Source of the DNA: a virus
Lineage: Duplodnaviria > Caudoviricetes
Direction: 5' to 3' (one strand)
Length of the DNA stretch: 64,000 nucleotides
Virus record (IMG/VR): IMGVR_UViG_3300046615_000115
Location: 24,820-88,819 of that record
Part shown: in pieces, positions 1 through 8,585 of the stretch
Layout: each line of letters begins with the position of its first letter
How positions within the stretch are numbered: position 1 is the first letter of the stretch
Made by a program: the position numbers and the translations under genes
The notes under the pieces: generated by a model
Databases searched by the model: none
Told to the model about the DNA's origin: nothing
The model's input: the letters and a program-made list of their open reading frames with translations, nothing else

Positions 1-156
1 GAAAAGGAAGAGGATCAAGAAGTTCCAACTCCAGCAGCTAAACCAAAAGCTAAAGCTGCTCCACAGTCAGCACCAGACTTTGACAGCTTTGATGATGACA
101 TCCCATTTGCTCCGATTGGTCTGCAAGAAGGTCGTATGTTTCTACACATGATCTAA
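1..156 (+). CDS. ssb: 3' end of single-stranded DNA-binding-like protein (partial)
   Basis: Frame 1 reads EKEEDQEVPTPAAKPKAKAAPQSAPDFDSFDDDIPFAPIGLQEGRMFLHMI*, a P/A/K linker plus the acidic DDDIPF SSB tail. Confidence 0.6.
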   Translation, partial: EKEEDQEVPTPAAKPKAKAAPQSAPDFDSFDDDIPFAPIGLQEGRMFLHMI

Positions 157-165
157 ACAACAAAC

Positions 166-190
166 GAGCCAAGGACGGCTCACTTATTTT
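166..190 (+). terminator. possible intrinsic terminator
   Basis: GAGCC-aaggac-GGCTC followed by acttatttt, just after the stop codon. Confidence 0.45.
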
Positions 191-201
191 AGGAGAGATT
201 T

Positions 202-513
202 ATGACTGTAGACATTCAAGCTGTTCTAGATTGTCCGATGCAAAACAATGATTCTGGTGCCAACACTGTAAAAGGTTATCTGAAAGCCCTTTTGTTTACA
301 TTGTGGGAAGAAAATGAAGGCTTTTCTGGTAAACGACCATTCGGTAATTCTGGCTGGGAATGTGAATTGGCGATGGCACTTGTAAAAGGTAAATTCATCA
401 AAGGTCGTATTTCTGGTGACTATGAAGATGGTGAAGTTGTTTATGAAAGTCTAGAAGATGCTGATTATCCAGCACTGAACAAATTAATTACTCGTGCTAT
501 TGAAGCACTTTAA
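202..513 (+). CDS. hypothetical protein
   Basis: 103 aa ORF with AGGAG RBS. Confidence 0.85.
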   Translation: MTVDIQAVLDCPMQNNDSGANTVKGYLKALLFTLWEENEGFSGKRPFGNSGWECELAMALVKGKFIKGRISGDYEDGEVVYESLEDADYPALNKLITRAIEAL

Positions 514-525
514 GGAGAACTAAAC

Positions 526-774
526 ATGAAAGAACGTCAATCCCTGTATTCCCGCGCATACCAACTGGCTCAAGAGGCTATCACCAATAAAGAAGATGTA
601 AAAGAGCTAGTTGGGGAATTCACTTACGATAAAGAATACAACACCGATGGCTTTGATAAAGCTGAAGTGAAAAATATCGTTAAGGCTGCTCAAGCAAAAG
701 CTAAACAAGATAATCTTGCAGAGAAAGTTGAAGAGTTGAATAAACTTCAGCAGATTCAGGAAGCTTATAGCTGA
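526..774 (+). CDS. small helical protein, possibly dsDNA-binding (T4 DsbA/GapR-like)
   Basis: 82 aa, AAGGAG RBS; EDVKEL...GFDKAEVKNIVKA pattern; function weakly supported. Confidence 0.6.
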   Translation: MKERQSLYSRAYQLAQEAITNKEDVKELVGEFTYDKEYNTDGFDKAEVKNIVKAAQAKAKQDNLAEKVEELNKLQQIQEAYS

Positions 775-789
775 GTAAAGAATAATAAC

Positions 790-815
790 AGAGCCTCAGA
801 AATGGGGCTTTTGTT
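790..815 (+). terminator. intrinsic terminator
   Basis: AGAGCCTCA-GAAA-TGGGGCTTT stem with GNRA loop and a TTGTT tail. Confidence 0.7.
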
Positions 816-826
816 CAGGAGGTTGA

Positions 827-1828
827 ATGACTGATAAGAAAATCGCCGTGATAGACCTCGACATGTTCAAACACGGAGTTGCTAGTGTTGGTGAGGATCG
901 CTCAGTTCTAGTTAAACATAAAGAAACTGGCTGGTCTAAATCCTTTAAAACACGTACTGAATTCTACGGGCACCACAAGAAAAAAGCTGGTGGTTGGCTA
1001 GCCAATATCAATGAAGGTCGCGAGCCTGAGAAGATTGCACTTCCTGAACACTTCACTTACGAAGATGTGCAAGTAGCCCAACCAATTGAGAATGTTCTTC
1101 ACACAGCAAAGCTCATGGTTGAGTCTGCAATTGAATCTTCTGGTGCAACTGACTACAAAGCTTTTATTGGTAAAGGTGAAAGCTTCCGAGTACAGAAGAG
1201 TACATTGCTCAAGTACAAGGGGAATCGTGACAACACAATCAAAGCTTTGTTGCTTGATGAAGTTAGCGAATATCTTACCAAGAAGTTTAAAGCTGAGGTT
1301 GTTACAGGAATTGAGAACGACGATAAGTGTGTGATGGAAGCTTACAAGAAACCGGACCATTTTATCTTGTGCGAGGATAAGGATTTCTGGGGATGTCCGG
1401 TTAACGTCTTCAATGTAAACAGTCCTGAGCGTGGCATTGTAAACTGTGATAAGTTTGGCTCTTTATGGCGTGATTCTAAGGGTAAAGTACGAGGTGAAGG
1501 AAGGTTGCACCTCATGTGGCAGGTATGCGGACAGGACGATTCTGACCATTATAAAGCCCACGCTTTCTCTGATGTTTACTGGGGTGAAGTAACAGCTTAT
1601 GAAGCTCTGAAAGATTGCATTAATGACAAAGAGTCTTGGATTAAAGCTGCTGAAATCTTCAAGACTTTGTATCCAGAACCTAAAGTTGTGACAGGCTGGA
1701 AAGGAGATGAGTTTGAGATTGATTGGAAGTATGTCTTGAACGAACAACTTCAACTGGCTAGAATGCTGAGGTTTGAAGGTGATGAAGTCAGCGCTTATGA
1801 TATTCTTAAAAAGATGAGGATTGAATGA
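827..1828 (+). CDS. 5'-3' exonuclease (T7 gp6/FEN-like)
   Basis: Acidic motifs IDLD, YKGNR, IENDD, EDKD, GQDDSD typical of phage 5' nucleases. Confidence 0.8.
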   Translation: MTDKKIAVIDLDMFKHGVASVGEDRSVLVKHKETGWSKSFKTRTEFYGHHKKKAGGWLANINEGREPEKIALPEHFTYEDVQVAQPIENVLHTAKLMVESAIESSGATDYKAFIGKGESFRVQKSTLLKYKGNRDNTIKALLLDEVSEYLTKKFKAEVVTGIENDDKCVMEAYKKPDHFILCEDKDFWGCPVNVFNVNSPERGIVNCDKFGSLWRDSKGKVRGEGRLHLMWQVCGQDDSDHYKAHAFSDVYWGEVTAYEALKDCINDKESWIKAAEIFKTLYPEPKVVTGWKGDEFEIDWKYVLNEQLQLARMLRFEGDEVSAYDILKKMRIE

Positions 1829-2169
1829 TGAATAAGATTTGCGAAGATGTACTGCTTGATTATGTATCCGATGTGGGTGAGTTTGAAAAAGAACATCGTA
1901 AAGGTCCCTCCTCCTGGTGCACACTCACACATACAATCACAGAAGCTGATGTAAAAGAGTTGGCTGAAGATGATGTTGATGCAAGTGACTTCCTTGGTGT
2001 GCTAATTACACGAAACGGTACTTGGGATGATTCTTGGGGAACTGAGTGGGACGATACCACTTATGAGCAAGTGGAAGAATATCAAGAGCTTGTTCCAGAG
2101 GTTGTGATTCCTGAGCATTATGTTACACGTCAAAAGCTGTCTGCATTTAAACCTGTGTTTGAGGAGTGA
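1825..2169 (+). CDS. hypothetical protein
   Basis: 114 aa, ATGA overlap with the upstream gene. Confidence 0.85.
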   Translation: MMNKICEDVLLDYVSDVGEFEKEHRKGPSSWCTLTHTITEADVKELAEDDVDASDFLGVLITRNGTWDDSWGTEWDDTTYEQVEEYQELVPEVVIPEHYVTRQKLSAFKPVFEE

Positions 2170-2172
2170 GTC

Positions 2173-2484
2173 ATGACCGATATTTACAAACTGTTTAAAG
2201 AAGAAACTTGGAAACCTGACAACCTTACTGATGTCCACTGGTACAGAGGCTGTATTGATGAGCTAACTTACAATAAAGGTGGTGATATCGACGAACTGAT
2301 GAACGGAAATGGGAACACCTACACCTATCAAGTACAAGGTGAAGCAGAGAAAGAAGGGTTTATAATTTTCACTTTGCAAGACGATTATGGTGGAACATCC
2401 TTCCAAGCTATCTTTGATCTTTCTAAGAAAGTTGATGAAGACAAGTATTGGGAAGAAGTTGATTCAGAAGATGAAGACGAATGA
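2173..2484 (+). CDS. hypothetical protein (paralogue of 57015-57305)
   Basis: 103 aa, GAGGAG RBS. Confidence 0.85.
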   Translation: MTDIYKLFKEETWKPDNLTDVHWYRGCIDELTYNKGGDIDELMNGNGNTYTYQVQGEAEKEGFIIFTLQDDYGGTSFQAIFDLSKKVDEDKYWEEVDSEDEDE

Positions 2485-3017
2485 AGGAGCCTTGGAAACA
2501 ATCTCCAGATGTGTGGCCTACAAAGTCTTCCTTCTTCACTTGGTTAAGGGGCGCACTTAGGAAATCAATCTGGCAGTTCTACCCACCAAAGATGCAATTC
2601 AAGAACGAAGGATGCTCTAAGCCACCAGATGATTATAAAGGTCGTGCAAAATCTGGAGCTTATTGTGAACTGACGGGGGAATGGACAGGGAAGTCAGCTT
2701 TAGAGGTCGATCACCGCATTGGTAACGTAAAGTTCACTGATTGGGAAGATGTACTTCCGTTTATTCTTCACCTGTGCTGCGACAAAGATGAAATGGCCTT
2801 GGTGAATAAGGAAGCACACAAGGTAAAATCTTATGCTGAACGGATGGGAATTAGTTTCGAGGATGCGCTTATCCAAAAAGAAATTATTTCTATCTGCAAA
2901 GCAAAGAAAGATGTTGCATGGCTCAAGGAACGTGATATCATCCCAGCAAGCAACGCCAAGAAAAGACGTGAACAAATTGAACAGGAGATGAAAAATGAGC
3001 GAGATGGAACACAATAA
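2481..3017 (+). CDS. HNH endonuclease (core, replication module)
   Basis: CELTG...LEVDHRIG...HKVKS beta-beta-alpha-Me-like motif. Confidence 0.75.
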   Translation: MKEPWKQSPDVWPTKSSFFTWLRGALRKSIWQFYPPKMQFKNEGCSKPPDDYKGRAKSGAYCELTGEWTGKSALEVDHRIGNVKFTDWEDVLPFILHLCCDKDEMALVNKEAHKVKSYAERMGISFEDALIQKEIISICKAKKDVAWLKERDIIPASNAKKRREQIEQEMKNERDGTQ

Positions 3018-3324
3018 AGGAAAACTTATTCCTTTTGAAATGAACGAGGAAGTTGCCAAAGCTTTGGTTGAAGCTAAAGGTGAAACTCTAGATGAAGATT
3101 ACGATTCTTACCTAGAACAAGTTAAAGACGACTGTACTTGGTTTGATGAGGATCTTTGTGAAATTAATAGCAAATGGTACAAAGTAGACTTTGAAATTCG
3201 TCGAGGTGAGTTGTACGGATTTGCCGAGGCAAAGACTAATGAAGATGGTTCAATCGATTTTAATACTTACCACTACAATGGTGGTGCCTACTGGACCGAA
3301 GTTGTAGAAGGAGCCTTGAAATGA
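2995..3324 (+). CDS. hypothetical protein
   Basis: 109 aa ORF within the operon. Confidence 0.85.
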   Translation: MSEMEHNKGKLIPFEMNEEVAKALVEAKGETLDEDYDSYLEQVKDDCTWFDEDLCEINSKWYKVDFEIRRGELYGFAEAKTNEDGSIDFNTYHYNGGAYWTEVVEGALK

Positions 3325-3497
3325 CTAACAAAATCAGTAAAGAGTTTCTGTTTACGGAACTGAGCATTAAGATTGCAACGTTAGAAATGAAGATTGATAA
3401 AGTGTTGGAGTTGCTGAGTGAGCCTCCTGTCGAATATCAAGTTGTTCAAAACATTAATCTTTCTGACGATGAAATCTTTTTGGAAGAAAACAAATGA
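3321..3497 (+). CDS. small hypothetical protein (58 aa)
   Basis: ATGA-coupled at both ends; read manually, below the ORF-track cutoff. Confidence 0.7.
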   Translation: MTNKISKEFLFTELSIKIATLEMKIDKVLELLSEPPVEYQVVQNINLSDDEIFLEENK

Positions 3498-3582
3498 ACC
3501 CTTGGACAGCACAGATAGTTGCAGAAGTAATTCAATTTGGAGTTTTCTTTAATATCTTCTTAACTCAACTAGGACTTTAGGT

Positions 3583-3834
3583 ATGTCGAATGATAATGTT
3601 AGACAACTGTTTCCTGAGAAGAAGCCTATTACAGAGCCTCCACAAGTTATTATAGATAAGTTCCATTCCAAACTTGATGAAGTGATGGGAGAATTTCAAA
3701 CTCTCGGAGTTATGGAGAAATACGAAGTTATGCTTAGTATTTGTGAAATGAATAAGAATTTGTTTCAGCTCTATATGGATCTTCGTAAAAGATATGACTT
3801 CAATATTGATGAAATTATTAACGGAGATGGTTAA
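3583..3834 (+). CDS. hypothetical protein
   Basis: 83 aa ORF. Confidence 0.8.
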   Translation: MSNDNVRQLFPEKKPITEPPQVIIDKFHSKLDEVMGEFQTLGVMEKYEVMLSICEMNKNLFQLYMDLRKRYDFNIDEIINGDG

Positions 3835-3992
3835 TGCGTTTACATCTTATAAAAATCTGGAATGATATTAATGATTCAGTACAAGAGCTTGAAGGGGTTG
3901 GTTATGGGGATAATCGAGGTGTGATTGAGGCTCTGAAGGAAGCCTTGGGTTATTTGTCAGATGATATTGATGATTTGGAGGAAGAAGAGTGA
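3834..3992 (+). CDS. small acidic hypothetical protein (52 aa)
   Basis: TAATG overlap upstream, GTGA overlap downstream. Confidence 0.7.
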   Translation: MRLHLIKIWNDINDSVQELEGVGYGDNRGVIEALKEALGYLSDDIDDLEEEE

Positions 3993-4192
3993 GTGAACTA
4001 GAAGAGTTTATACAAGACTATCTAAGTGCTATTGTTTATTTAAGTCCCAGAAAGCTTCCTATGAATCGAGAAACCTTAGCCTATCTTTCTGGTAGGGTAC
4101 ATAGTGCATTTAGTTATGAGCTTGGGGACAGGAAAGTGGGTCTTCAGCTCGATCCTTACGACAATAGTAATATCATTCTTACACTAATTTAA
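3989..4192 (+). CDS. hypothetical protein
   Basis: 67 aa, coupled start. Confidence 0.75.
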   Translation: MSELEEFIQDYLSAIVYLSPRKLPMNRETLAYLSGRVHSAFSYELGDRKVGLQLDPYDNSNIILTLI

Positions 4193-4214
4193 GAAATAAT
4201 AGGAGTAGAAACTT

Positions 4215-4997
4215 TTGAGTAACCGACACTTATTTATTCCAGATGTGCAAGCAAAAGAAGGCGTCCCACTTCAGCACCTTGAAGCTCTTGGTAACTACAT
4301 CGTTAAGAAACAACCTGAAGTTATTGTAATGATTGGCGATTGGGCCGACATGCCTAGCCTTAGTTCTTATGATGTTGGTAAGAAATCTTTTGAGGGTCGT
4401 ATGTACACAAAAGATGTTGAAGCTTCTCGTAAAGCAATGGATGTTCTTCTTGCACCACTGAAAGCTTTTAATATTCAACAATCACTTAATCGTAAAAAGC
4501 AGTATAAACCACGAATGGTTATGTGCTATGGCAACCACGATCAGGGCCGTATTGAGCGAGCAATTGAAAATGATCGTAAACTTGAAGGTCTGATCTCTGT
4601 AGATGATCTTGGCTTCAAAGAAGCTGGCTGGGAGTGTCATGATTTTCTGGATATTGTTAATATTGATGGTATTCGATATAGTCACTACTTTGTAAACCCA
4701 AATAGCTTGCTGAAGAACTGTGTTGGTGGTAACATTGATGCTAAAATGAAGAACTTGGGCTGGTCGTTTAGTATGGGCCATCAGCAGACACTTCAGTACG
4801 GTATTCAATACCTTCCTGACGGCATGTCTCGGCAAGGTCTTGTAGCTGGTTCGTTCTATATGCACAATGAAGGCTACATGGGCAGCCAAGGTAACGCAAG
4901 TCATTGGCGTGGCGTTGTGATGAAAAACCAAGTGCAAGATGGTAAATATGATCCTTGTTTTATTTCCATTCCATTTTTGTTGGAGAAGTATATTTAA
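4215..4997 (+). CDS. calcineurin-like metallophosphoesterase
   Basis: PDVQ, GDWAD, GNHD, GHQQ motifs. Confidence 0.9.
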   Translation: MSNRHLFIPDVQAKEGVPLQHLEALGNYIVKKQPEVIVMIGDWADMPSLSSYDVGKKSFEGRMYTKDVEASRKAMDVLLAPLKAFNIQQSLNRKKQYKPRMVMCYGNHDQGRIERAIENDRKLEGLISVDDLGFKEAGWECHDFLDIVNIDGIRYSHYFVNPNSLLKNCVGGNIDAKMKNLGWSFSMGHQQTLQYGIQYLPDGMSRQGLVAGSFYMHNEGYMGSQGNASHWRGVVMKNQVQDGKYDPCFISIPFLLEKYI

Positions 4998-5168
4998 ATG
5001 TACAGAATCGTAGAGTCAGGTGGCGTATTTCAGATTCAAAAGAAATCATTCTTCTTCTGGACAAACTGTTACTATTTCAAGTCTGACTTCTCACGACACC
5101 TTGCGAGATATGAGACTTACGAGGAAGCTTTGTATTTCTTTGGGTATAAAGATTATTTGGAGAATTGA
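4998..5168 (+). CDS. small hypothetical protein (56 aa)
   Basis: ATG directly after the upstream TAA; manual translation. Confidence 0.65.
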   Translation: MYRIVESGGVFQIQKKSFFFWTNCYYFKSDFSRHLARYETYEEALYFFGYKDYLEN

Positions 5169-5323
5169 TGCAAGACTTTCGATTGTATGAACGAGTGAAA
5201 ACACTGGAGAGTGAGCTTGACAAGACTTCGAAGCTCGTTCATACTCTCCGACAAGAACAAAGTGATATGTTAGAACAAATTAAATCATTGAAGGAGGAAA
5301 TGAGTGATGGCAGTGGAAAATAA
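5168..5323 (+). CDS. small coiled-coil hypothetical protein (51 aa)
   Basis: TGATG coupling; manual translation. Confidence 0.6.
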   Translation: MQDFRLYERVKTLESELDKTSKLVHTLRQEQSDMLEQIKSLKEEMSDGSGK

Positions 5324-5810
5324 AAAGTTTAAAGCTGGAGACAAAGTAATTTCTATCCGAGATACGTCAGAAGTACCAGAGGGAAGCATTGGATATATTC
5401 TTCTGCAACAGCTCCCGCCGTATGACTACACAGTTGATATCAACGGAAAACATGAATATTTTAATGAGGATGAACTGGAACTGTTGCGTGTAAGTCAAGA
5501 TAACAAACTTCGCAACCTTGGTTTGAACACAATTGAAGATTTGGAAGAGCACACAGGTGGTTCTGTTAATTATTACAAAGTTCACGTAGCCAACCCTACA
5601 ACACTTCCTGAAGCTTACTATGCTGAAGCTAACGATATTATCGAATCTCTCGGTTTGACATTCGCTGAAGGGAATTTGTTTAAAGCTGTGTGGCGTATTG
5701 CTGCTGACCGTAACGGAAAGAAAAAGAAAGGTAATAATCCTGTCTATGATGCTGAAAAGTTGGTATTCTTTGCCGAACGTGTACTGATGCAGGAGAAGGC
5801 TAAACAATGA
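5304..5810 (+). CDS. DUF3310-like protein
   Basis: GGSVNYY...EANDIIESLGLTFAEGNLFKAVWR...YDAEK pattern. Confidence 0.7.
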   Translation: MMAVENKKFKAGDKVISIRDTSEVPEGSIGYILLQQLPPYDYTVDINGKHEYFNEDELELLRVSQDNKLRNLGLNTIEDLEEHTGGSVNYYKVHVANPTTLPEAYYAEANDIIESLGLTFAEGNLFKAVWRIAADRNGKKKKGNNPVYDAEKLVFFAERVLMQEKAKQ

Positions 5811-6247
5811 GACTACTTGGTATTGACGTTGATGGCGTAGTGGTAGACACACTAACCCTCTACAAACAAGCTTCACCTCACTTGGAAGATCCTCTAGACT
5901 TCTGGCGAGATGAAAACCTTTACGATAACCTTGTTCCAATGGAAGGTGCTGTAGAGAAACTTGAGCAGCTTAGTAAATACTTTGGTATTGTATTTGTGAG
6001 TCGATTGAAGGGCAATCATCATAGATCTAAAGTGTATTTCTTGAAAGAACACTTTCCTTTTATGACTGGCTTCATAGGCACTCACGAGAAGTATCTTTTG
6101 AATGAATCTCTTGTTGCAATGGTAGATGATTTGGAGGATAATCTATCTAAGTTTGAAGCTCACAAGAGGATTCATTTTGGACAAGGTGAATATAAAGATT
6201 GGAATACATTTGATGTTCCAAAGTTTTGTAAGGAGTATTTGAAGTGA
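5807..6247 (+). CDS. HAD-family 5'(3')-deoxyribonucleotidase-like protein
   Basis: DVDGVVVD motif I and MVDD motif IV. Confidence 0.8.
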   Translation: MRLLGIDVDGVVVDTLTLYKQASPHLEDPLDFWRDENLYDNLVPMEGAVEKLEQLSKYFGIVFVSRLKGNHHRSKVYFLKEHFPFMTGFIGTHEKYLLNESLVAMVDDLEDNLSKFEAHKRIHFGQGEYKDWNTFDVPKFCKEYLK

Positions 6248-6420
6248 TTAAATATGATCAAGATGAACTTTATTTGTTGGTTGACTTTCTGACCGAACAA
6301 CTGGAAAAGCAACGAGAGAAAACTCCTTGGGGTTTGGATCTTGCTGAACAGGAAGAGTTAGAAGTGGAAGAATTTATGTTTGAACGTACATTGGAAATTA
6401 TCCAAAATCTAATTAAGTAA
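6244..6420 (+). CDS. small acidic hypothetical protein (58 aa)
   Basis: GTGA overlap; manual translation. Confidence 0.65.
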   Translation: MIKYDQDELYLLVDFLTEQLEKQREKTPWGLDLAEQEELEVEEFMFERTLEIIQNLIK

Positions 6421-6430
6421 GGAGTAACAC

Positions 6431-6862
6431 TTGAAAGTCAAAGTAAAACGTCTGTATGAATCCGCTAAACTTCCAACCTACGCAACAGATGGCAGCGGGT
6501 GTTTTGATATCTACACAATGTTGAATGGTGATACAGACTACGGACAACCTCCCACTTATTCCACTGGTCTAGCCTTTGAAATTCCAGAAGATCATGTGAT
6601 GCTTATCTTCAGTCGAAGTGGCCATGGGTTTAAGAATGATGTTCGTCTAAGTAACTGTGTTGGTGTGATTGACTCAGATTATCGTGGGGAACTTAAGGTT
6701 AAATTGTCTTGTGATAAACAAGGTTGGGGACTTGAAGTTAATGCTGGTGATCGAATTGCTCAGGGGATGGTAATTCCTTATAAGAAGGTAATGTTTGAAG
6801 AGGTGGATAGTTTGAGTGAGACTGTTCGTGGAGAAGGCGGATTTGGCAGCAGCGGATCATGA
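6431..6862 (+). CDS. dut: trimeric dUTPase
   Basis: GSGCFD, RSG, GVIDSDYRGE, RIAQG, RGEGGFGSSG motifs. Confidence 0.97.
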   Translation: MKVKVKRLYESAKLPTYATDGSGCFDIYTMLNGDTDYGQPPTYSTGLAFEIPEDHVMLIFSRSGHGFKNDVRLSNCVGVIDSDYRGELKVKLSCDKQGWGLEVNAGDRIAQGMVIPYKKVMFEEVDSLSETVRGEGGFGSSGS

Positions 6863-7050
6863 CATTAATTGCACACGTACCAACAGAACGTGGTAAACTA
6901 GTTTGGCAAGACGTTATTAAGACCAAAGAAGATTACCAAACAATGTACAAGACAGGACTTTTGTGGGTATACTTTCCCGACATTGGAACTTGGAAAGAGT
7001 GTGAAGAAGAATTGAATAAGGAGAAAGAAGTTGAGTCAAATCACAGCTAA
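6859..7050 (+). CDS. hypothetical protein
   Basis: 63 aa, coupled start. Confidence 0.75.
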   Translation: MTLIAHVPTERGKLVWQDVIKTKEDYQTMYKTGLLWVYFPDIGTWKECEEELNKEKEVESNHS

Positions 7051-7960
7051 GATTATTGCTGATAGTTACAGTGCAATTAATGGTAAACGAATCACTACAT
7101 TTGAACTACAATATCCACGATTTATCCACAGCGAGTTGATGACTCACCGGCTGTTTAGTCGCAATGCAATGAGCAGTCGTGCTGTTCCAATTGAGAAAAT
7201 GATTGAGCAAGTTTGGAGTGACCCCGCGTTACCGATTCATTGGGGTAAAAATCAATCGGGTATGCAAGCTAAAGAACAATTGGAACACACAGATTCAGTA
7301 GAGATTGAATGGAGAGCCGCAGCTTGCGAAGCTGCAATTAGTGCAAAATTCTTATCGGAACAAGGTCTACACAAGCAAGTAGTGAATCGAATTCTAGAAC
7401 CTTGGCAACTCATGAAAACAGTGTTGACAGCTACAGAATTCGATAACTTCTTTTGGTTGCGTAAACATGAAGATGCACAGCCTGAGATTAAAGAACTTGC
7501 TGAACGGGTGTACGAACAGCTAGAATGGAACAAATTGTTGACTGTTGAGCTTGATGCTGGTGATTGGCACACACCATATTATGAAGCTGGATATTGGCTT
7601 AAGGAAGATGAAACACCGCTAGAAGATGCACTTGCAATTAGTTCTAGCTGCTGTGCTCAAGTAAGTTACCGTTTGCTTGATGATAGTATTGAAAAGGCTC
7701 GTAAAGTTTATCAGCGTCTGGTAGAATCTACGCCTGTTCACGCAAGTCCTTTTGAACATCAAGCGACACCGATGGACTATAGCGATAAATGGGATTGTAC
7801 GGACGATGGAGTAAATGTCCCAAAACTTACCCACTCTTGGGAAGAGGGCGTTACTCACTGTGATAAACAAGGCAATCTTTGGAGTGGTAATTTCAAGTCA
7901 TGGGTTCAATACCGACAACTGATTGATGGTAATGTTTGCAATAAGTACGAGGAGAAATAA
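7031..7960 (+). CDS. thyX: flavin-dependent thymidylate synthase (ThyX-like)
   Basis: PRFIHSELMTHRLFSRNAMSSRA signature; HASPFEH. Confidence 0.85.
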   Translation: MSQITAKIIADSYSAINGKRITTFELQYPRFIHSELMTHRLFSRNAMSSRAVPIEKMIEQVWSDPALPIHWGKNQSGMQAKEQLEHTDSVEIEWRAAACEAAISAKFLSEQGLHKQVVNRILEPWQLMKTVLTATEFDNFFWLRKHEDAQPEIKELAERVYEQLEWNKLLTVELDAGDWHTPYYEAGYWLKEDETPLEDALAISSSCCAQVSYRLLDDSIEKARKVYQRLVESTPVHASPFEHQATPMDYSDKWDCTDDGVNVPKLTHSWEEGVTHCDKQGNLWSGNFKSWVQYRQLIDGNVCNKYEEK

Positions 7961-7961
7961 A

Positions 7962-8159
7962 ATGATTAATGTAGATTACAAATTCTCTGACTTCGTAAAA
8001 GAATATCAGAATCTGCTAATGATTCGTTTGGGGATGAGTGTTAGCGAGTCAGCCAGATATATCGTGGACACTATTGAAGACATTGAACAAGCTACTATGC
8101 TAGATGTTTCAGCCTTTGAATACTTTCAAACAGAACTAGAGAATGGGGTAGATGTATGA
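7962..8159 (+). CDS. hypothetical protein
   Basis: GAGGAG RBS supports ATG at 7962. Confidence 0.75.
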   Translation: MINVDYKFSDFVKEYQNLLMIRLGMSVSESARYIVDTIEDIEQATMLDVSAFEYFQTELENGVDV

Positions 8160-8557
8160 GTAAGGTAAATCACTTTCCAGTGTCAGAGTATGATCAATAT
8201 CTTTCCTTTGTGGATGTAGAACAACACCCTGAGTGGCAAGAAGCTTGGAAGGCTCAAGATAAAGAAAAGGTAGATGCAATTCTTTATAGTCTGGGTGTTG
8301 ATCTCCAAAACGGCTACGAGGTTGAAGTTAACACACATCGAACACGAATTAGTCAGCAAGTAGAATATGGTCCTCGATTCTCCTTCAGTGAGCGCACTGA
8401 TAAAGAGTGGCAAAAGACTGGTATGTCTATTGAAGATCAGATCGCAAACTGTAGTGACATCTCCTTGCAGATTATGCTTAAAGGGATGAGTAAGCGAGGG
8501 TTTGGTAAGTGTGATACAGTTAAGACAGTTGAACAATTGGCTATCTCAGAGCTTTAA
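8156..8557 (+). CDS. hypothetical protein
   Basis: 133 aa, ATGA overlap. Confidence 0.85.
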   Translation: MSKVNHFPVSEYDQYLSFVDVEQHPEWQEAWKAQDKEKVDAILYSLGVDLQNGYEVEVNTHRTRISQQVEYGPRFSFSERTDKEWQKTGMSIEDQIANCSDISLQIMLKGMSKRGFGKCDTVKTVEQLAISEL

Positions 8558-8585
8558 TAAATATTTATTTTAAATAAGGAGTTGT

